A DNA stretch of 64,000 nt from Thermoproteota archaeon (GCA_027491435.1 JAOZFG010000035.1:1-64000); one strand, 5' to 3'; shown: positions 38,347 through 48,377, numbered from the stretch's first letter. The notes: generated by a model from the letters alone, not told the origin. A program made the numbers and translations.

Positions 38347-38687
38347 CCCAGCTTCCTCATTATGTAGGAGCCTAGCGGCGTCCTCTCCAAGTTGGAGGCT
38401 ACGATCTCGTTTACGTAATCCTCAAGCTCCACGTACATCATGTCAGCCACTCTGTAGGCTATTTCCCTTATGGAGTCGTGCTCGTAGGTGAGCAGGAAGA
38501 GGTCCTCGTCCACTTCCCTTATGCCCATAGCTATCAGCTTTACCAGGCAGTCCTTCATCTCCAGGGCCAGGGGAAAGAGCTCATCGAACCTCGACCTGAA
38601 CTCCTCCCAGAAGCTCAACACCTCCTCCTTGCTCAACCTCTCGGAGCAGGCCTTCCTCAGTAGCTCTAAGGCCCTGTCCTGCATCAC
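38325..38687 (-). CDS. Hypothetical protein, 120 aa
   Basis: Acidic helical ORF with host-like codons; 3' end overlaps the tRNA. Confidence 0.65.
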   Translation of the reverse strand: MMQDRALELLRKACSERLSKEEVLSFWEEFRSRFDELFPLALEMKDCLVKLIAMGIREVDEDLFLLTYEHDSIREIAYRVADMMYVELEDYVNEIVASNLERTPLGSYIMRKLGGRGGGT

Positions 38688-38715
38688 CTTTTTATGAACT
38701 TTCCACTTTTAAGCA

Positions 38716-38780
38716 GGGGGGATGAAAGACGGCCGGCTTACCTGACGCAATGAAGAGGTGGTCCTCCTTTCCTGACCCCC
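38716..38780 (+). ncRNA. Box C/D guide sRNA
   Basis: Box C-like GGGATGA (38719), D' CTGA (38742), C' ATGAAGA (38750), D CTGA (38772), G-run/C-run termini; intergenic. Confidence 0.8.
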
Positions 38781-38794
38781 GTTAGGGTGTTCTT

Positions 38795-39430
38795 ATGACA
38801 TCGGAGATTCTCAGGAAAGTGATTCATATAGTTTTCGCTTTCCTTCTGCTCATCCCCCAACTTTTGAGTGAGCTACTGGACCCCATGATAAGCTACGGGC
38901 TGCTGCTAATGATAGCGGGTTGGATCTACTCAATCCAAGTCAAGGGACCCCCTGAGTGGCTGCACACCTTCCCCCAATGGATTAAGCAGCCCCAGCTGAA
39001 GGGGGTGGACTTTCTCCTAGAGCAGTTCTACAAGTACATAAGCATGGTGGAGAGGGATTACGAGAAGAGAGCGGGCTGGTTGGGGGTCTTAGCTGGCGTT
39101 ATAGGGGTTGTCTCATCTTACGCATTATTCTTGCAGGCCTCCTTCTTCGGAATAACGGCCCTGGCTCTAGTAGATGGAGTTAGTTCCATAGCGGGCAGGC
39201 TAGTTGGTAGGACCAAAATACCTCTGTCCGATGGAACTCTAGAGGGAGCTCTGGCAGGTGCACTCTCATACCTGGCCTTCTTGATGGCCTTAGGGTTTAA
39301 CCCCTTAGACTCTTTGGTCGTGTCAGTTGCTGCCTCTTTGGCCGAGCTCTACGGGGGTGAGGATAACGTCTCAGTGCCTATACTGGCCTCCGCTGTCGCT
39401 AGCCTGCTTCATCTAGCTTCTCCCATATAA
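38795..39430 (+). CDS. Dolichol/phytol kinase family membrane protein
   Basis: EILRKVIH, DGVSSIAGR..G, GTLEG and AE..EDN motifs. Confidence 0.8.
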   Translation: MTSEILRKVIHIVFAFLLLIPQLLSELLDPMISYGLLLMIAGWIYSIQVKGPPEWLHTFPQWIKQPQLKGVDFLLEQFYKYISMVERDYEKRAGWLGVLAGVIGVVSSYALFLQASFFGITALALVDGVSSIAGRLVGRTKIPLSDGTLEGALAGALSYLAFLMALGFNPLDSLVVSVAASLAELYGGEDNVSVPILASAVASLLHLASPI

Positions 39431-42179
39431 CTCCACCGTCTGCCACTAACACCCTTATGCGGGACTCCCCCATCCTAATGACTCCCTCACCGCTGTTTAT
39501 CAGCACGCTCTTGGCCACTATTTCAGGGGTCCTCATCATTATGAGGGCCCTCTTAGCCACCTTGTTCCCCTGATAGTAGACCCCATTTCTCAGGCTTAGT
39601 AAAACGTAGAAGCCGGTGCCCCCTACCACCCTGACGGAGCCAGCCTCTATCACAACTTCAGTCCCTGGAGCGGGGCCTCCAAGCCACCCCCTGATCAACC
39701 GGCCCCTCACCGAAGCGATCAGGAAGTCCATGCCGAGGGAGGCGTTATACCTCCTTTCAAGGTCGGAAGGAACGCCTGAGAACTTTAGGAAATCACATCC
39801 CTCGCCCAACAATATCTTGGGCATACATGAGGTGAGATTTATCACGTTATCCCCTGAAAGCACCCCGTGGACGTCCAGAAAGGTGTGACCCTTCAGCCTT
39901 TCCAGGGGCCAGCTATTCACCAGGTGATAACCGCTCACCATTCCGTTCACTTTGAAAGTGGCGTCCCCCCACCCGCTTATCCCGAGCAACCCTCCCTTCA
40001 CCCCTTCAACCTTCCTCTCGAAGTTGGCGTACCTTAGCCTCACCCCAGACTTGGACACCTCCACCTCCAGCTTAGCACATGCCCTCTCTAGCTTGGTCTC
40101 TACTGAGTAGGAGTCCACCATAACCCCGTTCACGTAGTTCCTGTAGAAGAGGTAGGGCCTCTCATCAACGACGGCTAAACCAAACTCCCTGTAGTTGTAC
40201 TCGTTCTTCCAGCCGAAGATTAGGCTGAACCCCCCATTTCTTAAGGGCTTCTCGGGGCAGAACCTGGCCCAATAGCTTCCGGAGTCTATTTCCCTGTAGA
40301 GGATAGCCAAAGCTTTACCCTTTCCTTCCCTCCTGAGCCCATCTGACCAATTACCCTTGATCATTACCCATCTCAGGTCGTCAGGGGATGTAGGCAAGGG
40401 CTCCCTGACGGTTATGTTCTTGGCCCCTGGCCCTATCACCAGGGCCCTTTTAATCACTTCAACCTTAGGATCGTTCGAGTAGAGGATAGTGTGTCGAGGT
40501 AGACTGCCCATGATGCTCATGTAAACGGCCAGGGCTAAAACCCTCTCAGAGTAGTCCCATGGAAGTATTACAGCGTAATTTGAATCCGGATCGAGAGAGG
40601 GGGCCCTGTACTGTATGAACCTCCCCCTAGTAAACCTGTACAGGAACTTATCGGTCATGTTTCCGTTCATAAGGGCTTTCAAGTCTCTATCAGCCAAGTA
40701 GGGCGTGAAATTCCCGGACAACATGATTAGGGGCTCAGGACCGGAGGAATTCCACAGGACGACGTGGTTAAGGACTCTCTTAGGCCTCATCAGCAGGGAG
40801 TAGAAGGTTGAAACGTCGCTCACCGTCACTAGGTCCCCCTCCACCCTGACCCTTGATAGGAAGGAGAGCTCCCTCCAATCTACTTTAACTTCTCCTCTAG
40901 AGAATCGCAAGCCGACGTAGGCGGAGAAGGGGATTAAAGCGAACACGAGAAGGGCAGCCATGGCCTTCCTCGAGAGGGAACCGAAGGAGGGGGCAAGGGA
41001 CGCCTGGGCCAACAGGTTAGAGTGTTCTGACAGGGGAGTTAAGGCTCCCAGGAGGGAGAGTCCAGACTTCCTTTTGGAGAAGAAGAACGCAAGCAAGCTG
41101 GCCCCGGCAGCCAGCAGGGACGCCCCTGTGATTAACGAGTAAAGGGTGGAAAGGAGCATTACAGGGACTATTCTAGACCTCACGTCAGTTCTCTTCATTA
41201 AAGATGAGAGGGGGATGAGCAGCATTGGAGATGGGCCGGCCAACAATGAGATGGCAGCTATAACCAGGCCCTCCTTCAGCCCCAAGGAGCCAGTTAATAT
41301 TAGGTAGATTGGGAATAGCAGGGTGAACGGCGGGCCGTACAGGGCCCCCACAAAGGAGCCCACTAACAGGCCCGCTAACCTCAGCTTCCCCTCGTCGTTG
41401 AGAAAGTAGATGGTTACCAAGGTTATGACGGAGCTTATCGCCCAGGGTTCACCCAGATCAAGTATTCCCGGCGGAAATAAACCTGTTATCCAAGCTCCTG
41501 TGAAGAAGAGGGCTGCTAGAATTGATTCTGGGTATCCCAACCACTTCCTGAGGGCCAGCGCTGCGAAGGGCACCAGAGCCAAGTTGAGCATGCCAGCAGC
41601 AATTGAAGCGTCTACAGCCCCTCCAAGGTAAAGTGACCTGACTAGGCAAGTGAAGGGCTCATTCACGCAAAGGTAGGGGGTTGGATTGACGGACCAAGCT
41701 CTCCACTGAAGGATAACCAGCTTGCTTCCCATAGAGAGGGCGTTTCTGTAAAGGTAAGCCGAGAAAATCGCCGTGTAAACCGTGAAGGTGGTGGCAAGGT
41801 AAATCAGCTCATCTTTACCGAACCTCTCGCCCTCGTAAGGAGGGAGCAGAAGCAGAACCCCACCAACTAACAGGAGCGCCCTGGAGTCTAGCCCTACACA
41901 GGGGAGGAAGGTGGAAAGGAGGATTGACACCGGAAGGGAAAGGAGGATTGACTCCCTGAGCCTCCCCGTAAGCCTGTGAACGGGGCCTAATGCTGAGAAG
42001 GTAATGGCAATAGGAGATAGGAGGGGGAAGGCCAGGGAAAGAAGTAATATGGCCGATAGGGCGGCCTTGACCAATAGAACGTTTAGAGTTATCGCCTCCC
42101 TCTCCAGAGTTATTAGGGTTACGGATGCGAGCAAAGTCAGGGCGTACCAGAAGGCCACGTGCACCAACGCTGACGTCAT
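39399..42179 (-). CDS. Large polytopic membrane protein with a soluble beta-rich C-terminal region
   Basis: About 420 aa of hydrophobic segments followed by about 500 aa soluble; no family recognised. Confidence 0.65.
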   Translation of the reverse strand: MTSALVHVAFWYALTLLASVTLITLEREAITLNVLLVKAALSAILLLSLAFPLLSPIAITFSALGPVHRLTGRLRESILLSLPVSILLSTFLPCVGLDSRALLLVGGVLLLLPPYEGERFGKDELIYLATTFTVYTAIFSAYLYRNALSMGSKLVILQWRAWSVNPTPYLCVNEPFTCLVRSLYLGGAVDASIAAGMLNLALVPFAALALRKWLGYPESILAALFFTGAWITGLFPPGILDLGEPWAISSVITLVTIYFLNDEGKLRLAGLLVGSFVGALYGPPFTLLFPIYLILTGSLGLKEGLVIAAISLLAGPSPMLLIPLSSLMKRTDVRSRIVPVMLLSTLYSLITGASLLAAGASLLAFFFSKRKSGLSLLGALTPLSEHSNLLAQASLAPSFGSLSRKAMAALLVFALIPFSAYVGLRFSRGEVKVDWRELSFLSRVRVEGDLVTVSDVSTFYSLLMRPKRVLNHVVLWNSSGPEPLIMLSGNFTPYLADRDLKALMNGNMTDKFLYRFTRGRFIQYRAPSLDPDSNYAVILPWDYSERVLALAVYMSIMGSLPRHTILYSNDPKVEVIKRALVIGPGAKNITVREPLPTSPDDLRWVMIKGNWSDGLRREGKGKALAILYREIDSGSYWARFCPEKPLRNGGFSLIFGWKNEYNYREFGLAVVDERPYLFYRNYVNGVMVDSYSVETKLERACAKLEVEVSKSGVRLRYANFERKVEGVKGGLLGISGWGDATFKVNGMVSGYHLVNSWPLERLKGHTFLDVHGVLSGDNVINLTSCMPKILLGEGCDFLKFSGVPSDLERRYNASLGMDFLIASVRGRLIRGWLGGPAPGTEVVIEAGSVRVVGGTGFYVLLSLRNGVYYQGNKVAKRALIMMRTPEIVAKSVLINSGEGVIRMGESRIRVLVADGGVIWEKLDEAG

Positions 42180-43324
42180 TTCCCTCTCCTGCTTAGGACT
42201 AGAAGCTTAGCTTCAATTCCTCCCATCGTGACCCTCTTGACAATTAAAATGTTCATTACCCTGGCAGCCTCCATGAACTTCTTGATGGCCGGACCCCCAA
42301 CGACGACTGACATCTTGAGCTCCAGCTTCTCTGAGAGGTGTTTCATCATCTCTCTGAAAGTCTTGCCCAGTTTCCTAGACGGCCCAAGCCTCAACTCGTA
42401 GGGCGGGTTCATGGAGACAGCGCCTATCCTCTTGAGCCTCAGGCCCAGCTCTGAAGCGTCTGCTACTGAGAACCTCAGCCTTACCCCAGCGCTGATTGAG
42501 TTTGTTATCGCCCCGACCAGGTACTTAGGGCTTATGTCCATGCAGTATACTTCAGGGTTCATCTCCCTTATCTGCTGATCTATTGACCTGAACAGCTCCT
42601 CCTGAGAGATTCCCGAGAACTGTTTGACGTGATCTACTGGGTACTTCCTCCTCCAAAATCCAGGAGGTACGTTTTTAGCGGCCAGAGCGGCCTCTATAGC
42701 AATAGTACCACCTCCACACATAGGATCTACGAAGTTATGGTCTTTAAAGGCCCTTAGCCAGCCTGTGGCCCTGACTAGGGCTGAGGCCAAGCAGGGGTTG
42801 AGGGGGGCCCTGTGCATGAACTTCCTGTAGCCCCTCATGTGCAGGCTTTTACCCGTCGTGTCTATGCCCAGCAAGAACAAGTTTTCAGAAACGTATCCCC
42901 TTATTATGACGTCTGGTTCCCTGAGGTTGGCCCTTATTCTGCTGCCTTGAGCCATGAAGTGATCAACTACTGCTTTTCCCACAGTAGCGGCTACTTCAAC
43001 GCTGGTGAAGTCGTGTTTCCCGTGTCTGTCCACCCTGACGGCGAACGTCGAGTTTGGGTCAAAGTAATCCGACCAGGACACCTCTGATGAGACCCTGTAA
43101 ACCTCTTCCAGGGTGAGCCTCTCAGACTCCCACTTTGCAAGGAGGAGAAGAAACCTGTGGGCTATCCTTGACCTGTAGTTCAGGGACAGCAGGGTCTCTG
43201 GGTCTGTTGAGAACTTCAACTTGCCCGGAAGTACTATCTCAGAGTTTATCCCGTGAAGCTCCATGAGCTCCTCTGCCAGGAAGTCCTCTATCCCCGGTAC
43301 TGTCACGGCCAGGGCTTCGTACAT
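42176..43324 (-). CDS. THUMP-domain tRNA guanine N2-methyltransferase (Trm14-like)
   Basis: THUMP region; DTTGKSLHMRGYR, DPMCGGGTIAIE and NPPY motifs. Confidence 0.85.
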   Translation of the reverse strand: MYEALAVTVPGIEDFLAEELMELHGINSEIVLPGKLKFSTDPETLLSLNYRSRIAHRFLLLLAKWESERLTLEEVYRVSSEVSWSDYFDPNSTFAVRVDRHGKHDFTSVEVAATVGKAVVDHFMAQGSRIRANLREPDVIIRGYVSENLFLLGIDTTGKSLHMRGYRKFMHRAPLNPCLASALVRATGWLRAFKDHNFVDPMCGGGTIAIEAALAAKNVPPGFWRRKYPVDHVKQFSGISQEELFRSIDQQIREMNPEVYCMDISPKYLVGAITNSISAGVRLRFSVADASELGLRLKRIGAVSMNPPYELRLGPSRKLGKTFREMMKHLSEKLELKMSVVVGGPAIKKFMEAARVMNILIVKRVTMGGIEAKLLVLSRRGK

Positions 43325-43369
43325 CGCCGGTATGGGAAAGGGTATAATATAGGTGAGTGCCTATCCGAG

Positions 43370-44506
43370 ATGTCCATGATACCCATAGCCAGACCCTGTC
43401 TCGGAGATGAAGAGATCCTGAAGGTTTCTGAAGTTCTCAGATCTGGAATGCTAGCCCAGGGATCTTTAGTGAGGGAGTTTGAGGAGAGGTTCGCCGAGTA
43501 CGTCGGGGTTAAGTACGCTGTGGCCGTATCCAACGGCACAGCGGCGCTACACGTCGCCCTCCTCGCCATGGGAGTGGGCCCTGGGGACGAGGTCATTGTG
43601 CCCAGCTACACGTTTTACGCTACGGCCTCCACGGTGATACTCTCAGGGGCCAAACCGGTGTTCGTGGATGTCACCGATAACGGGACCATGGACCCCGAGG
43701 ACCTCAGGGGTAAGATAAATGATAGGACGGTGGCCGTGATACCCGTCCACATACACGGTCACCCAGCTGACCTGGACTCGATAAGAGACGCTATAGGCGA
43801 TAGGGAGGTTCAGGTCCTAGAGGACTCGGCGCAGGCACATGGGGCCCTGTACAAGGGCAGGAAGGTGGGCTCCCTGGGCGAGGCCGGAGCCTTCAGCTTC
43901 TACCCAACTAAAAACATGACGACGGGTGAGGGGGGAATCATAACCACTGACGATGAAGAGCTCGCTGAGAGGGCAAGGGCCATAAGGGATCAGGGCCAGA
44001 CTGCAAAGTACTTGCACGAGTACGTGGGGTTCAACTACAGGATGACTGAAATCAACGCAGCCATTGGGTTGGTCCAGCTCTCCAAGCTAGACGAGTTCAA
44101 TAGGAGGAGGAAGGAGATAGCCAGTAGGTACACTGAGGAGCTATCGGGGGTGGTTCAGCCCCTCCCAGTGGCGGAGTGGGCAGATCCCGTCTGGCACCTC
44201 TATCCCGTTAGGGTGCCCCCGGAGAGGAGGGACAGGTTCGTTAACGCCCTTAGGGAGAGAGGAGTTCTAGCCAGGCCTAGCTACCCAATGCCCTTGTACA
44301 GGCAACCGGTGATGGGTAGGATCTCGGACAGGAGGTACAACTACCTCAGCGTCCTCTTCGAGGGCGTTAGTTATGAGGGCGTTGAGACCCCCAACGCTGA
44401 AAGGTTGATAAGAGAGCTGGTCTACCTCCCGATATACCATTGCATGAAGGACGAGGAGGTCGATCAAGTCATATCTGCAGTTAGAGAGGCATCGAAGGAG
44501 GTGTAG
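43370..44506 (+). CDS. DegT/DnrJ/EryC1/StrS sugar aminotransferase
   Basis: SNGTAALH, EDSAQAHG, SFYPTKNMTTGEGG and GFNYRM motifs; start at the ATG at 43370 rather than 43253. Confidence 0.92.
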   Translation: MSMIPIARPCLGDEEILKVSEVLRSGMLAQGSLVREFEERFAEYVGVKYAVAVSNGTAALHVALLAMGVGPGDEVIVPSYTFYATASTVILSGAKPVFVDVTDNGTMDPEDLRGKINDRTVAVIPVHIHGHPADLDSIRDAIGDREVQVLEDSAQAHGALYKGRKVGSLGEAGAFSFYPTKNMTTGEGGIITTDDEELAERARAIRDQGQTAKYLHEYVGFNYRMTEINAAIGLVQLSKLDEFNRRRKEIASRYTEELSGVVQPLPVAEWADPVWHLYPVRVPPERRDRFVNALRERGVLARPSYPMPLYRQPVMGRISDRRYNYLSVLFEGVSYEGVETPNAERLIRELVYLPIYHCMKDEEVDQVISAVREASKEV

Positions 44507-44508
44507 CC

Positions 44509-44760
44509 ATGGAGAAGGTGCCTTACAAGTACGAGGTGCCGGTAAAACAGGCTAAGAGGGCTTTAAGAGTGCCTAAGGAGCTGAAGGAGCAACTAAAGGA
44601 GCTCTACGGTAAGAAGGTAGTGTCCAAGTTCTCCAAGGATTACGTCGAGTGTCCAGTGAGGAAGAAGGAGGTTAGCTTTCTCATCTGCCTCAGCTGTCCT
44701 AACTACGTTAGGAGGTTCAAGGGAGTCGTTCACTGTAAGGGAGAACCACTAGAAGGGTGA
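44509..44760 (+). CDS. Small basic Cys4 (zinc-binding) protein
   Basis: CP..CLSC..C pattern; GGAGGTG RBS. Confidence 0.65.
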   Translation: MEKVPYKYEVPVKQAKRALRVPKELKEQLKELYGKKVVSKFSKDYVECPVRKKEVSFLICLSCPNYVRRFKGVVHCKGEPLEG

Positions 44761-45352
44761 TTACCCCCGCCAGCAGGGAGGCCAATAGCACTAAGAGCGG
44801 AGTCACATGAGGCCTTTCCGGAACCCTTTCAGGGATCCAGGTGGTCCTTCCGCTCTCCTTCACCGGGGAGGTGGGATACACGTGAGGCCTCTCGCCCAGC
44901 AGCAGCGTCGGAACCGCTAGAACCATCCCTATTAATAGTGATACGAGGAGGGTTTTCGCTAGGGCCTTCTTCAGGTTCACCGCTTTCTCCATCAAGGATT
45001 TGAAGAACTCCCCCTTCTCCTCTGAGGACGTTGGGACTATAACTATGGCCGGGACCTTTAAGGCGTACAGGGTCTTCCTGCCCCTCTTGCCCGGGGCCTT
45101 ACCTATGGGCTCTATGAGCCCGGCCTTGGTGAGCCTGTCTATGTGAAAAACTATGGTGGTTAGCGGGACGTTCAGCTCTTTAGACAGATCGTTGGGGCTC
45201 TTGGGGAACTCCCTTAATGATCTAAGTATTTTCCTGCTCACCTCATTGGCTAGCTCCATTCCGAGGAGCTCCAACTCCTCGTCATCCATACCTAGGAGCT
45301 TCCAGTTCATCAAGTTACTTGATCCCTCTTCAATATATTTGTGGCGAGCCAC
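44717..45352 (-). CDS. ArsR-like wHTH regulator with two C-terminal TMs
   Basis: LANEVSRKIL..SPNDLSKEL..TIVFHIDRL..AGLI, followed by hydrophobic helices. Confidence 0.75.
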   Translation of the reverse strand: MARHKYIEEGSSNLMNWKLLGMDDEELELLGMELANEVSRKILRSLREFPKSPNDLSKELNVPLTTIVFHIDRLTKAGLIEPIGKAPGKRGRKTLYALKVPAIVIVPTSSEEKGEFFKSLMEKAVNLKKALAKTLLVSLLIGMVLAVPTLLLGERPHVYPTSPVKESGRTTWIPERVPERPHVTPLLVLLASLLAGVITLLVVLPYSERLP

Positions 45353-45975
45353 TTCATCAGGGCCCTCCTCACCTGACTGTAGTCCCGGGCCACTAAATCG
45401 GCCAGCTCCTCTATCTCCCGGTTTCTGGGCCTGAAGGCGACCTTCAACCCTATGTTAGACCTGAACACGTGAATATCGCTGAAATCATCGCCTACGAAGG
45501 CCACCCTGCTCAAGGGCACACTTAACCTCTCAGCCAAGCCCACCAAGATCTTGAACTTGTCCTTCGGTGAGATCGTGGACTCTATTCCCTTTATCACCCC
45601 TCCCTCAACCTTAAGCCTGCCCGAGGCCCAGAAGTCCAAGTCAAGCTTCTCAGCCACTTTCCTGGCTATGACGTCCAGCCCTGAACTTATCATCCCAGTT
45701 ATCACGCCCAAAGACTTAAGTTCGGAGATGAGCTCTGGCACTCCCTCGTGGGGTTCGAACTCAACGCCGTCTAGGGCTTCATCTACCCTTCTGCCTACCC
45801 AGAGCGACACGTCCAGCCTGGCCCATTCCTCATAGCTTATCTTGCCCTGAAAGAAGAGGTCCATGTGCTTTCTGGTAACCTCGTAGGTGCCAAACCTCCT
45901 GTGGAGAAGCTCCCAGGAGCTCCCCAAGGGTATGAGGGTGCCGTCCATGTCGAAGGCAACTATTGCCGGAGCAAC
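45310..45975 (-). CDS. serB: Phosphoserine phosphatase-like HAD hydrolase (start uncertain)
   Basis: FDMDGT, SSW, ISSG, K and VGDD..D motifs. Confidence 0.75.
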   Translation of the reverse strand, partial: VAPAIVAFDMDGTLIPLGSSWELLHRRFGTYEVTRKHMDLFFQGKISYEEWARLDVSLWVGRRVDEALDGVEFEPHEGVPELISELKSLGVITGMISSGLDVIARKVAEKLDLDFWASGRLKVEGGVIKGIESTISPKDKFKILVGLAERLSVPLSRVAFVGDDFSDIHVFRSNIGLKVAFRPRNREIEELADLVARDYSQVRRALMKWLATNILKRDQVT

Positions 45976-46199
45976 TCCCTTATCAGCTCCACCGGCACCA
46001 AGACGTAGCCGTCCTCGTACTTGCAGCCCCTCCACTGGAATCCCTCCACCCTGTCCATAAGCTTGCCCCTTCCCTTGAAGTACCTGAACAGGGCCCTAAC
46101 CTCTATCTTAACTACCTCCTGTCCCTCTGGCAGGTTGGCCAAGATCCTACGCCCATGAACTTTCAGGTAACTTATCAGGGTCTCCTTGACGTCCTCCAA
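45960..46199 (-). CDS. Hypothetical protein, 79 aa
   Basis: AGGTGA RBS before a TTG start; host-like codons. Confidence 0.6.
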   Translation of the reverse strand: MEDVKETLISYLKVHGRRILANLPEGQEVVKIEVRALFRYFKGRGKLMDRVEGFQWRGCKYEDGYVLVPVELIRELLRQ

Positions 46200-46236
46200 G
46201 GTATCACCTTATATTTTACGCCGGGCCTTCCGATGG

Positions 46237-47211
46237 ATGAGCCTATTAAAGGATGAGGTCGTTGACTTCACCCTGTACCCGGGAATGAGGGTCTCCGAGA
46301 TAGTCGAGCAAATGGGTAGGGCTGGGGGATTCACCGCAAGGTTCATCAACGAAGCTGTCGAGGTTCTGGAGGTCATGATCAGAGATGAGTCTTCAGTAAA
46401 CTTCTTGGCCTTTCCAGCGGCCATCGTGTCCACTGGAGTGAGGGGGATACTTAGGGACATGTTGGACAGGCAGCTTTTCGACGTGGTGATAACTACGGGA
46501 GGCACAATTGACCATGACGTAGCCAGGTGTTACGCCAAGTACTACAAAGGTTACTTCGAGGCTGACGACGAGCAGCTCTATGAGAGGGGCATCCACAGGT
46601 TGGGCAACGTTTTCATTCCCCTGGACTCATACGGGCCGCTTATAGAAAGTAAAACTAGAGAATGGGTTAGAGAGGCTGTGTCCACTCTTGGCGAGAGATT
46701 CTCGCCTTCAGAGCTTCTAAACTTCATAGGAGGCAAGATGTGCGAAGGGTCCATACTCAGGGCTGCCCACAAGAGGGGGATTCCGATCTTCTCCCCTGGA
46801 CTGCTTGACTCCTCCTTCGGCACCGCCGTATCCTTCCTCAGGGAGGAGATTAATTTCCACCTGGACTTCATCAAGGACATGTTGAAGCTAGCGGACCTAT
46901 CATTTACCATGGAAAAGAGCGGGGCTCTCATATTGGGGGGTGGGATCTCCAAACATCACACGATCTGGTGGAATCAATTCAAGGGAGGGCTTGACTACGT
47001 CGTTTACGTGACCACCGCAGTTGAATGGGACGGCAGTTTAAGCGGGGCTAGGGAGAGGGAAGCTATAAGCTGGGGTAAGGTTTCTAAGACAGCTAAGAGG
47101 GCCTTTGTGCCCGGGGAGGTAACGGCCCTCCTTCCCTTTATGTACGTGGCCCTTCTGGAGAGGATTTCCGGGTTCAGCAGAAGGGGCAAGTCCCTAACAA
47201 ATTTAAAATAA
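46237..47211 (+). CDS. dys: Deoxyhypusine synthase
   Basis: TTGGTIDHD, HRLGNV, GGGISKHH, DGSLSGA and EAISWGK motifs; ATG at 46237 preferred. Confidence 0.93.
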   Translation: MSLLKDEVVDFTLYPGMRVSEIVEQMGRAGGFTARFINEAVEVLEVMIRDESSVNFLAFPAAIVSTGVRGILRDMLDRQLFDVVITTGGTIDHDVARCYAKYYKGYFEADDEQLYERGIHRLGNVFIPLDSYGPLIESKTREWVREAVSTLGERFSPSELLNFIGGKMCEGSILRAAHKRGIPIFSPGLLDSSFGTAVSFLREEINFHLDFIKDMLKLADLSFTMEKSGALILGGGISKHHTIWWNQFKGGLDYVVYVTTAVEWDGSLSGAREREAISWGKVSKTAKRAFVPGEVTALLPFMYVALLERISGFSRRGKSLTNLK

Positions 47212-47222
47212 GTTTGTCGTGA

Positions 47223-48377
47223 GTGGTCCTGAAGGTGGTAGCGGAATTGATCCAGATGATCCTGATGCAAGCCAACAATCAAAGCGACTGGCTCTCCTGG
47301 ATCTACTTCATAATCTTCATCATGATAATGCAGTTTTACGCTAACAAGATACAGGTCCAGATCTGGATGGGTGAGATAAGCAAGGCCCTGAACAAGTTAG
47401 AGAGATACGCCAACGACGCCACTAACAAGTTCGTAGAGGAGGCCTCTAAGTATGGAAGGAGTAAGGAAGATGTCAAGAAGATGGTTGAGAGGATAAAAGG
47501 GTTCTTCTTGATAGGCCCTGTTACCTTGGACCCCGCGGGGGCTATAAAGAGGCTGGAACACCTCCTGGATGAGTACAGGGACTACATGAACAAGTATATG
47601 GATGAGCTGTCCCCTAAGGCCTCTGGATGGAAGAAGAGCAACCTGAGGGATCAGCTCGCCGGTGTGCTTGCCCTCGACACGATATTCAGGATAGTCAGGC
47701 ACTACTTCATCTTGGGCAAGAGAACCCAGAACTTGATATACATAGCCCAGATCCAGATGCTGTTGCCTGAGATCCTTAGAATAGCCAGGGCCTACTGGAG
47801 AGCTAGCGAGGCCTTCAGGAGAGGGGTTCCCATAGGGGACAGCATAGGCCCGCTAGTGGCCCTCAAGCTCATAGGCGATAAGGAGACCTTTGAGCTGGCC
47901 GAAAACATAATAGGGGCCTGGACCGACGTCGAGGGGAGGAAAGTACTGGTGATAAAGGCTAAAGGTCCAGGTTCTGAAGTGGGTAAGCCTGGATTGGCCA
48001 TAGAGAAGGCCATAGAGGATAGGAATGGTGACTTCGCCAGGGTGATAATGATCGATGCCGCCTCCAAGTTGGAGGGGGAGAAGACTGCTGAGATAGCTGA
48101 AGGCGTTGGCGCGGCCATTGGAGATCCAGGCCCGGAGAAGTACAGGATAGAGGAGGTCACCACCAAATACGGGATACCTTTGGATGCCATAGTGATCAAA
48201 GAGGACCCCCTAGACGCCATAACAGCAATGAGGGAGGAGATAGCCAAGGCCGCCGACGAAGTCATAGAGAGGGTAAGGCTCCTGATAAGGACTAGGACCG
48301 ATCCGGGCGACTACGTGATAGTCGCTGGCATAGGCAACACTATAGGGGTTGGAAACAGATTGGAGGTGGTTTCTTGA
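47223..48377 (+). CDS. DUF1512 family protein
   Basis: N-terminal TM; PIGDSIGPLV, KAKGPG, IDAASKLEGE and GIGNTIGV motifs. Confidence 0.8.
   Translation: MVLKVVAELIQMILMQANNQSDWLSWIYFIIFIMIMQFYANKIQVQIWMGEISKALNKLERYANDATNKFVEEASKYGRSKEDVKKMVERIKGFFLIGPVTLDPAGAIKRLEHLLDEYRDYMNKYMDELSPKASGWKKSNLRDQLAGVLALDTIFRIVRHYFILGKRTQNLIYIAQIQMLLPEILRIARAYWRASEAFRRGVPIGDSIGPLVALKLIGDKETFELAENIIGAWTDVEGRKVLVIKAKGPGSEVGKPGLAIEKAIEDRNGDFARVIMIDAASKLEGEKTAEIAEGVGAAIGDPGPEKYRIEEVTTKYGIPLDAIVIKEDPLDAITAMREEIAKAADEVIERVRLLIRTRTDPGDYVIVAGIGNTIGVGNRLEVVS

Noticed and set aside
38325-38687. Integrated element at the tRNA-Tyr 3' end
   Set aside because: No integrase, and no duplicate of the tRNA 3' end seen in the window.
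43253-43369. N-terminal extensions from the ORF track (DegT; also sdhA 30625-30663, dys 46186-46236, aspS 62234-62263)
   Set aside because: They overlap neighbouring genes or promoters; downstream starts fit the family N-termini better.
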